DNA of 64,000 nt, from positions 1 through 64,000 of IMG/VR virus record IMGVR_UViG_3300010354_015978. The stretch is one strand, 5' to 3'. The notes below the pieces were generated by a model. It saw only the letters and a program-made list of their open reading frames with translations. It ran no database searches and was not told the DNA's origin. Shown piece after piece: positions 57,467 through 63,903 of this stretch. Origin of the DNA: a virus. Each line of letters begins with the position of its first letter. Position 1 is the first letter of the stretch. The position numbers were made by a program, and so were the translations under genes.

Positions 57467-58075
57467 TTATATGAGTTTGTGCGCAGCCACCATGAACCAG
57501 GCCGGGATGTTGTGCCCCGGCACTGGCATCTGTACGCTGCGAATGCTTTCTATGTCAAGATGTGGTTGCACAGCATCCGCTATGTCAGCAAGACTGCGGT
57601 GACTGAGCTTGGGATCATCGCGGCGTCTTTGCTCGGTGCAGTCTACCACGCTGATGTATCTACCATGTGGTGCAAGATGCCGTGCTGCCGCGGCCACCAA
57701 GGCACTGCGGTCCTGACTGCGATTCAACACCACCATGACTCCGCGTTCAAACACCACGTCAAACTTGCCAAGATCCACACCGGGATCCAGTATGTCCGCA
57801 TGTCGGAAATCTATGTTGGGCCAAGATGCACGACATTGTTGTATGATGTAATCGCTGATGTCCACGGCCACTACATCATGTCCCTGTGATTCTAACCAGG
57901 CCGCATTGTAGCCTTGTCCGCAACCAATCTCCAGAACACGCAGGAAACGCTGTGGCTGCGATGAGAGCCATGCTTCTAGGTCAGCATCATGCACATGGTG
58001 CATCCATGCCGCTGACATCTGCTGCCACTGTTGATTCCAAAATTGTTGTAAAGGTTTGTCCATAGCAAAGGTCAC
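57467..58075 (-). CDS. Class I SAM-dependent methyltransferase
   Basis: VLEIGCGQG, AVDIS, FDVVFERG. Confidence 0.85.
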   Translation of the reverse strand: MTFAMDKPLQQFWNQQWQQMSAAWMHHVHDADLEAWLSSQPQRFLRVLEIGCGQGYNAAWLESQGHDVVAVDISDYIIQQCRASWPNIDFRHADILDPGVDLGKFDVVFERGVMVVLNRSQDRSALVAAAARHLAPHGRYISVVDCTEQRRRDDPKLSHRSLADIADAVQPHLDIESIRSVQMPVPGHNIPAWFMVAAHKLI

Positions 58076-58089
58076 TGTCCTGTGTTTAA

Positions 58090-58272
58090 GAGCCAGGTGT
58101 GTTGGCCAGGGCTACCTGCCCTGCACCCAGCTCTCCTGATCATGCTTATTCCAGAAGCCATCCGGATACCACCCAATTGGGTCGCAGTGGATCGTGGATC
58201 GGTTGCTCCCCTGACAGTTGGGGTATTGCTGGCGAAGCGGTCTTTCGCTCACGACCTTTGCTATGGTCACAC
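58090..58272 (-). ncRNA. Putative structured ncRNA of unknown class
   Basis: Several hairpins and a 10-bp terminal helix with G:U pairs on the minus strand; no convincing ORF. Confidence 0.5.
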
Positions 58273-58283
58273 GTAATTATAAC

Positions 58284-58375
58284 TGGTACCCCGGGCCGGA
58301 GTCGAACCGACATTGGCCAATTATCTGTTGCACACGGGATATAAATCCGCTGTTTTACCATTAAACTACCGGGGC
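58284..58375 (-). tRNA. Atypical tRNA, anticodon TAT (Ile/AUA), long variable arm
   Basis: GCCCCGG/CCGGGGT acceptor stem, D- and T-arms, loop TTTATAT, 22-nt variable region, ACCA end. Confidence 0.75.
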
Positions 58376-58381
58376 ATGTCA

Positions 58382-58459
58382 TGGAGCATCGGGTGAGATT
58401 CGAACTCACGAATCGACGGCTTTGCAGGCCGCGCCATTGGACCACTCTGGTACCGATGC
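58382..58459 (-). tRNA. tRNA-Cys(GCA)
   Basis: Loop CTGCAAA, U73, encoded CCA. Confidence 0.93.
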
Positions 58460-58464
58460 ATGAT

Positions 58465-58539
58465 TGGAGCGGACGGAGGGATTCGAACCCTCGACATTCA
58501 CGTTGGCAACGTGACATTCTACCACTGAATTACGCCCGC
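58465..58539 (-). tRNA. tRNA-Gly(GCC)
   Basis: Loop TTGCCAA, encoded CCA. Confidence 0.95.
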
Positions 58540-58540
58540 T

Positions 58541-58548
58541 TATAAATA
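58541..58548 (+). promoter_or_regulatory. T4-type late promoter box TATAAATA
   Basis: Exact TATAAATA 4 nt before ATG 58553. Confidence 0.65.
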
Positions 58549-58552
58549 TCCT

Positions 58553-59140
58553 ATGTTTCAATTCTTCACTAATGGTCGTTTGGCTTGGTTGCGTGTCCTG
58601 AAAAATGCCAGTTCTAGTTATGCTCGTGTGTTCGAAGATCTGGACTGGGAATTACACGATCTCTACAAAACCAAAATTGATACTGACTCTCTGACTTGGT
58701 TTGGTCTACTACGCGATCCCAATGTAAGACACAGCATGGGCATCGTGCAGTATCTCATGGAGCAAAGCCTTCAGGCCTGTCTAGATGAACCACTGTGTCA
58801 TCCCTTGCTGACATCGGCCTGCTTGGATGCACATAGCATGCCCATCACGGCCCAGATACCCGAAAGCATCGTGCATCGGGCACACTGGTTTGTGCTGGAC
58901 CATCCTACGTACGATCATGAGCGACTGTTGAGAAATTTTCTAAGAACTCACAAATTTGAACTGCCACCGGTGCCACGCATACACGAAAGTACCGCGGAAA
59001 AACGACAAATGCAGCAGCGCATCGAAGATCTCAAAAAAGCCAATACCATGGCCTGGTACAAACTACAGATGGTGTTGGGTGCAGATCTCAAGCTCTATCG
59101 ACACAGACTGCAGATGCAGCATCTATACGATACGCCATGA
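58553..59140 (+). CDS. Sulfotransferase-like protein
   Basis: RVLKNASSS (5'-PSB-like) and LRDPNVR (3'-PB-like) motifs. Confidence 0.5.
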   Translation: MFQFFTNGRLAWLRVLKNASSSYARVFEDLDWELHDLYKTKIDTDSLTWFGLLRDPNVRHSMGIVQYLMEQSLQACLDEPLCHPLLTSACLDAHSMPITAQIPESIVHRAHWFVLDHPTYDHERLLRNFLRTHKFELPPVPRIHESTAEKRQMQQRIEDLKKANTMAWYKLQMVLGADLKLYRHRLQMQHLYDTP

Positions 59141-59142
59141 AC

Positions 59143-59234
59143 TGGCGGTGAGTGTTGGATTCGAACCAACGGACCCGGTTGCCCAGATCGACAGGTTAGC
59201 AACCTGCTGCTTTCGACCACTCAGCCAACTCACC
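59143..59234 (-). tRNA. tRNA-Ser(GCT)
   Basis: Loop TTGCTAA, long variable arm, G73, encoded CCA. Confidence 0.95.
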
Positions 59235-59236
59235 TT

Positions 59237-59341
59237 TTATTCGTCTTTGTTGCGCCACGGCCACCACATGTAAGCGGTACAGGCCGCTGCGGCGATTGTA
59301 AATGCCAAGATACCAACGATGTTTGCTGCTATGAATTCCAC
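59237..59341 (-). CDS. Small single-TM protein (34 aa)
   Basis: GTG start; EFIAANIVGILAFTIAAAACTAYMWWPWRNKDE. Confidence 0.5.
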   Translation of the reverse strand: MEFIAANIVGILAFTIAAAACTAYMWWPWRNKDE

Positions 59342-59362
59342 TGTTCTACTCTCTCTGTTGTA

Positions 59363-59437
59363 TGGTGCCGGCGGAGAGATTTGAACTCCCGACCAACGGT
59401 TTACAAAACCGCTGCACTACCACTGTGCTACGCCGGC
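59363..59437 (-). tRNA. tRNA-Thr(TGT)
   Basis: Loop TTTGTAA, encoded CCA. Confidence 0.95.
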
Positions 59438-59448
59438 GCGATTTGATT

Positions 59449-59477
59449 ATTATATAGCAAGGCATATGGCCTTGCAA
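59449..59477 (-). promoter_or_regulatory. Internal sigma70-type promoter in the tRNA array
   Basis: TTGCAA-N17-TATAAT just upstream of tRNA-Thr(TGT). Confidence 0.6.
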
Positions 59478-59484
59478 TGCTATC

Positions 59485-59577
59485 TGGCGGAAAAGGTGAG
59501 ACTCGAACTCACACACTCCTGTCGGAGCCTTCGGTTTTCAAGACCGCTGCCGCTAGTCCAACTCGGCTAACTTTTCC
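59485..59577 (-). tRNA. tRNA-Ser(TGA)
   Basis: Loop CTTGAAA, long variable arm, G73, encoded CCA. Confidence 0.92.
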
Positions 59578-59684
59578 AAGATCCGGTTACCCAGTCCGGA
59601 GCAGGCGTTAGGTCCCTGCGGCGCCTCAGTTCACCCATCCCGATGCCATGCCAAGCAGAGAGCCAGCCGGACGTTCGCTGTGTA

Positions 59685-59759
59685 TGGTGCTGATGAGTGG
59701 GATCGAACCACCGGCTTCCTCCTTACCAAGGAGGTACTCTACCACTGAGTTACATCAGC
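59685..59759 (-). tRNA. tRNA-Thr(GGT)
   Basis: Loop TTGGTAA, encoded CCA. Confidence 0.95.
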
Positions 59760-61314
59760 GTTGTTGTCTTGCCTGTTGCCAGACTATGTCTTTGTATTGC
59801 CTGGCCATGCGCCACTTGCGACGCACGATGTCGTCCCAGGGCAGTTGATCATAAGGAACACGGAACTGCTGTAGGTCATCGTAGCCCAGGCCCATGAATG
59901 TCCAGACCTGGTTGCTGGTGGGTCTGCGCACCACGCCAAAGTTGGCTTTGTCGCTGAGTTCACAGGCGCGGTAAAAGTCCATGTGATCGTTTTCCCAGTA
60001 CAGCACGTTGGGATTGTCCTCGCAGGGACGGATGTTGCGATAGCCGTACTTTTCGGGATTGAGCTCTATCTTGCTGGGATAGAGATTGTATCCACGGTAG
60101 AGGTAGAACGCCGGCATGGCATAACTGTCCAAGGGGTTTTCGCTGCTGCGCAACCACTCTATGGTCTGTTCTAGGCTTTCCTGTGTCTCGTGTGGCAGGC
60201 CTGCTATGAGACTGGCACTGAGCATGGTCTTGGGCCAGCGATGCCGGAGTTCTTGCAGTCCCGCCGTGATGCGTTCGCGATCGGCACTCTTGCCAATGGC
60301 GCTGCCGGTGCGTTTGTTGAGGCTCTCGATACCAAAGTGCGTGGCTCTGCATCCGCTTTCGTAGATCATGTCCATCTGATCACGGTGTGCCACGATGAGG
60401 TCCAGTCTTAGATAGGCCCAGTACTCCAGCTCAAATGGCAGCGCACGACTGAGATCCAACATGTACTGCACCTTCTCTCGGCTGTCGTTGAAGGTGTCAT
60501 CCAAGAGATAGTATCGCGTGATGCCATAGCGTTCGTAGTTTTCCACCATCTCGCGATACAAGAGATCGTGTCGCTTGATGTAGTCCAGTTTGTTCTTGCC
60601 ATTGAGCGGATAACTGCAAAATGCGCAGTGGAAGATGCATCCACGCGACACTTCTATGGGCAGGCTTTCGCCGGGCAAGACACCATCATAGGGCCGGTAA
60701 CTCATGGTGGAGTTCACAAAGTCATATGACTCGGCCCGGCGATCATCTATGATGGTCGGACCCCAGATGCTGCGCTGCCGTTTGGGCAGCCTGATGCCTT
60801 GGCTGAGGTGTTGTGCCAGCCATACTATGCTGAGGTCAGCGTAGCCTGGTATCACGTAGTCATAATCGCGATTGAAATCGCTGTCGTGTGCCAGGGGACC
60901 GCCCAACACAAACTTGACTCTGGGATTGATACCATGTACATGGGCTTTGAGCTGTTGGTTGTATTGATGTCCGTGTGGCAGCATGGCGCCGTTCATGCGG
61001 CTCATGCTGTGGCTCAACACCATGTCGCGATCTCGGGGCTCTGCGATGCTGTAGTCAAACTGCCGTATCTCGCGGTAAAACATGGGATTGAACCCAATGA
61101 ACAAGGTCTGGTCGCTGACCAGTCCCGACAGGATGTCAAAGATTTCCTCGGGAGCGAACACATGAGCGTGGTGCAGCACGAACACTTCAAACCCAGCCTG
61201 CCGGAGCTCATAGGCCACTTTGTAGGGCCCGTAACTCTTGGTCAGTCCGTATGTTTCAGTGATGTCCGAGATGAAAATTACGTTGGGGCGACTGTTGTCG
61301 AACCATTCGTTCAT
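59755..61314 (-). CDS. Radical SAM protein, B12-binding/class B-like architecture
   Basis: EVSRGCIFHCAFC, DDTFND, GIES, IAGLPHET; N-terminal VLGGP..DYVI.G domain. Confidence 0.85.
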   Translation of the reverse strand: MNEWFDNSRPNVIFISDITETYGLTKSYGPYKVAYELRQAGFEVFVLHHAHVFAPEEIFDILSGLVSDQTLFIGFNPMFYREIRQFDYSIAEPRDRDMVLSHSMSRMNGAMLPHGHQYNQQLKAHVHGINPRVKFVLGGPLAHDSDFNRDYDYVIPGYADLSIVWLAQHLSQGIRLPKRQRSIWGPTIIDDRRAESYDFVNSTMSYRPYDGVLPGESLPIEVSRGCIFHCAFCSYPLNGKNKLDYIKRHDLLYREMVENYERYGITRYYLLDDTFNDSREKVQYMLDLSRALPFELEYWAYLRLDLIVAHRDQMDMIYESGCRATHFGIESLNKRTGSAIGKSADRERITAGLQELRHRWPKTMLSASLIAGLPHETQESLEQTIEWLRSSENPLDSYAMPAFYLYRGYNLYPSKIELNPEKYGYRNIRPCEDNPNVLYWENDHMDFYRACELSDKANFGVVRRPTSNQVWTFMGLGYDDLQQFRVPYDQLPWDDIVRRKWRMARQYKDIVWQQARQQR

Positions 61315-61330
61315 GTCATTATATATGCAT

Positions 61331-61408
61331 TGGTGGTGATGGGTGGGATCGAACCACCGACCTTGGGGTTATGAATCCCACGCTCTGACCGGACTGAGCT
61401 ACATCACC
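61331..61408 (-). tRNA. tRNA-Met(CAT), elongator-type
   Basis: Loop TTCATAA, paired G1-C72, encoded CCA. Confidence 0.9.
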
Positions 61409-61413
61409 GGAAG

Positions 61414-61489
61414 TGGTACGGGCAGAGGGATTCGAACCCACGACCAACAGATTAAAAGTCTGCTGCTCTACCGACTGAGCTATGCCCGC
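61414..61489 (-). tRNA. tRNA-Lys(TTT)
   Basis: Loop CTTTTAA, encoded CCA. Confidence 0.95.
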
Positions 61490-61490
61490 A

Positions 61491-61553
61491 TCAAAGACGT
61501 CGCATCACGATGAACAACATCACGAAAATTACCAAGATGACAAAGGCAGCCAT
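61491..61553 (-). CDS. Hydrophobic micropeptide (20 aa)
   Basis: AGGAGA ribosome-binding site followed by MAAFVILVIFVMLFIVMRRL. Confidence 0.5.
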   Translation of the reverse strand: MAAFVILVIFVMLFIVMRRL

Positions 61554-61568
61554 GATGTTCTCCTAGAT

Positions 61569-61644
61569 TGGTGCCTGGTGCTGGATTCGAACCAGCGACC
61601 CGCGCCTTATCAAGACGCTGCTCTACCAACTGAGCTAACCGGGC
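61569..61644 (-). tRNA. tRNA-Ile(GAT)
   Basis: Loop TTGATAA, encoded CCA. Confidence 0.95.
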
Positions 61645-61645
61645 A

Positions 61646-61722
61646 TGGGGTGACTGGTGGGAATCGAACCCACGAATGTCGGGATCACAACCCGAGGCCT
61701 TGACCGCTTGGCTACAGCCACC
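61646..61722 (-). tRNA. tRNA-His(GTG)
   Basis: Loop TTGTGAT, G-1:C73, encoded CCA. Confidence 0.95.
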
Positions 61723-61729
61723 ATGGACA

Positions 61730-61806
61730 TGGTCTCTGTGACAGGATTTGAACCTGCGACCCCTTGCACCCCATGCAAGTGCGCTACCAGTCTGCGCCAC
61801 ACAGAG
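61730..61806 (-). tRNA. tRNA-Pro(GGG)
   Basis: Loop ATGGGGT, C1-G72, encoded CCA. Confidence 0.92.
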
Positions 61807-61950
61807 AAAAAAGAAATAGTAGGGGTTGAAGAAATCTGGTTCGTCTCTGGCACCTCGAGTATGCCTTGACCCTTGATACTCCCATCGCTGTGCGACAAAC
61901 CTTACACCAGAAGGTAGGGCGGGAAATTCTATTTATAACTGACAATAAAA

Positions 61951-62027
61951 TGGTGCCCCAGAGGAGACTCGAACTCCTAAAATTTGGCTTCTAAGACCAA
62001 CACGTATACCAATTCCGTCACCGGGGC
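61951..62027 (-). tRNA. tRNA-Leu(TAG) with a short variable loop
   Basis: Loop CTTAGAA, A73, variable region only ATTTT. Confidence 0.88.
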
Positions 62028-62037
62028 GATATCAAAA

Positions 62038-62112
62038 TGGTGGAGGATGAGAGAATCGAACTCTCAACTCTGCGATGCAAACGCAGCGTGTTCCCATTAG
62101 CACTAATCCCCC
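62038..62112 (-). tRNA. tRNA-Ala(TGC)
   Basis: Loop TTTGCAT, G3:U70, encoded CCA. Confidence 0.93.
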
Positions 62113-62116
62113 AAAC

Positions 62117-62193
62117 TGGCGACCCGTACCGGACTTGAACCGGTGGCCTCATGCGTGACAGGCATGCGATCTAACCAACTGATCTAACGGGCC
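62117..62193 (-). tRNA. tRNA-Asp(GTC)
   Basis: Loop CTGTCAC, G73, encoded CCA. Confidence 0.95.
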
Positions 62194-62207
62194 AAATAAA
62201 TATCTAC

Positions 62208-62384
62208 ATGGAAGTCGCAAAACTGCTGCCTGAGTACGTGCCTTTGATTGATACGCAGACGGCACGGGCAACCAATACCGCTGTCAGCACAGCCGCTAGT
62301 CTACTGGTCATGACGCCGCAAGAAATACAACAAAATCTCGAGCGTTGGCGCGAGCACAATGAACGCATCCATGTAGTGGTGTAA
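62208..62384 (+). CDS. Small 58-aa hypothetical protein
   Basis: TAAATA-N5-ATG; MEVAKLLPEYVPLI...HVVV. Confidence 0.5.
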   Translation: MEVAKLLPEYVPLIDTQTARATNTAVSTAASLLVMTPQEIQQNLERWREHNERIHVVV

Positions 62385-62606
62385 GGCGTGGGCTATCGTT
62401 CGCGTATTGGCCGCTACTAGATTGTTGTCAGCCATACCCCCACGCAGCATGGCCTAGTCCGTTACACCTCATGTACAGTCGCGTGATACCCGAACGGACA
62501 ATCTCTCTCACGCCTGCGATGTTGCGTCATGCCCGCTGTAAAAAAATAAGGCGGGGAGCCTCCGGTGATAGCCCTCCCATAACATCGTAAGGTAGGAAGG
62601 CATTGT

Positions 62607-62681
<75 letters not shown>

Positions 62682-62686
62682 AAATG

Positions 62687-62761
62687 TGGTGAACCCAAGG
62701 GAATTCGAATCCCTATTCTCACCGTGAAAGGGTGATGTCCTAACCGTTAGACGATGGGTCC
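62687..62761 (-). tRNA. tRNA-Glu(TTC)
   Basis: Loop CTTTCAC, encoded CCA. Confidence 0.93.
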
Positions 62762-62770
62762 ATGATTGAA

Positions 62771-62950
62771 TTTGCTGACGGCCCAGCGCCACATCCATCG
62801 CTGGCATTTGACCTGTAAAACAAGACCGGTCAGGTGTGTGGTACGCAGTGCCAGCAGATACTTGGGAGCCTCTCTCACGTTCAGACCTCGCTGTACCCTC
62901 TCTCGCCATGTGCCCATGGCGGATTTCTCTGCATCTGCACCGTCAACAAA
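62771..62950 (-). ncRNA. Putative structured ncRNA of unknown class
   Basis: 11-bp closing stem TTTGTTGACGG/CCGTCAGCAAA and at least 3 internal helices. Confidence 0.55.
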
Positions 62951-62953
62951 ACT

Positions 62954-63039
62954 TGGTGGGAAAGGAAGGATTCGAACCTACTCAGCCTATGGCGCCAGAT
63001 TTACAGTCTGGTGTGACTCTCCAACTTCACCGCTTGCCC
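62954..63039 (-). tRNA. tRNA-Tyr(GTA)
   Basis: Loop CTGTAAA, variable arm, encoded CCA. Confidence 0.93.
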
Positions 63040-63043
63040 TTAA

Positions 63044-63141
63044 TTACTATATTGAAGCACTCTCTGTTATTTTTCGCAGAACTCACCTAAGAGTCGCCAT
63101 CCAAACACTGTAATACAGTTGAGAGTGCTTCAATATAGTAA
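63044..63141. repeat. 21-bp perfect inverted repeat element (copy 1)
   Basis: TTACTATATTGAAGCACTCTC ... GAGAGTGCTTCAATATAGTAA. Confidence 0.9.
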
Positions 63142-63356
63142 GGTGCTTCCCCCTGCTGGCGGTAATTATAGCGCATCAAGCATTGGGCTCTTCCTTACGG
63201 GTCCCAATACCATCACACACGCCTTCCACCCGCTTCCCAACACAGGGAGATTCTCGCATTGCCAGCGCCCTTCTCTGCCTAAGGGTAAGGTCCTGTGAGT
63301 CATGGTCTCACTTCTCATCGTGCGGACGCACACTATCCGATTATGAGTCGGAACGT
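63142..63356 (-). ncRNA. Putative multi-hairpin ncRNA of unknown class
   Basis: At least six short hairpins plus a long-range GCTGGC/GCCAGC pairing. Confidence 0.5.
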
Positions 63357-63480
63357 TGGGATCACCGTTATGGACAGCAATCTCCCTGCTGCCGTTTGCG
63401 CTCTAGGACTTGTCCGGAATTTCGTCTCTTCGAGCACACTGGGCTGGTTATGGTGGTCACAGCCATTTTCCGGTGAATAC

Positions 63481-63556
<76 letters not shown>

Positions 63557-63564
63557 ATGAATTT

Positions 63565-63635
63565 CCATATTGAAGCACACTCACGGCTCTAAACCGCTGA
63601 ACAATACTGTGCTGATAGAATGCGCTTCAATATGG
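63565..63635 (-). repeat. Inverted repeat element (copy 2, ATATTGAAGC core)
   Basis: CCATATTGAAGC/GCTTCAATATGG; extends to 18 bp with G:U pairs on the minus strand. Confidence 0.85.
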
Positions 63636-63636
63636 C

Positions 63637-63807
63637 ACCACAAAACACATGATACAGGATCACGATTTTGTGGTCAACCATATGGCAGGGTCATGCCCTG
63701 CCCAGGAGTCTTACCAGCCGCGTTGCCGCCACGGCCTTCATGTATCCTGTCCGCCCGTTCGACCCATTTGTTGTACGCCGGTCCCACCCTCGTTGCGGTA
63801 TGGCGTA
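63637..63807 (-). ncRNA. Putative structured ncRNA/leader with a long-range loop pairing
   Basis: Hairpins TACGCC/GGCGTA, GGCAGGG/CCCTGCC and ACCACAAAA/TTTTGTGGT; ACAGGAT/ATCCTGT pairs into a loop. Confidence 0.55.
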
Positions 63808-63822
63808 TTAGTAAGTCTGTCT

Positions 63823-63851
63823 AGTATACACGACCACTGGGTCAGCGTCAA
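63823..63851 (-). promoter_or_regulatory. sigma70-type promoter heading the tRNA/ncRNA array
   Basis: TTGACG-N17-TATACT. Confidence 0.8.
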
Positions 63852-63874
63852 CTAGTTTCTTACCATGCTAAACG

Positions 63875-63903
63875 AAAAACCCTGAGTCTTTCGATCTCAG
63901 GGT
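63875..63903 (-). terminator. Intrinsic terminator, possibly part of an attenuator
   Basis: ACCCTGAG/CTCAGGGT stem followed by a U-run on the minus strand. Confidence 0.75.

Noticed and set aside
58284-58375. Intron in the TAT tRNA
   Set aside because: Removing the extra segment at 37/38 does not restore an anticodon stem, and it is far too short for a group I intron; it is better read as a variable arm.
63405-63470. Hammerhead ribozyme (GAAGAG...CGAAA)
   Set aside because: The required CUGANGA core is absent.
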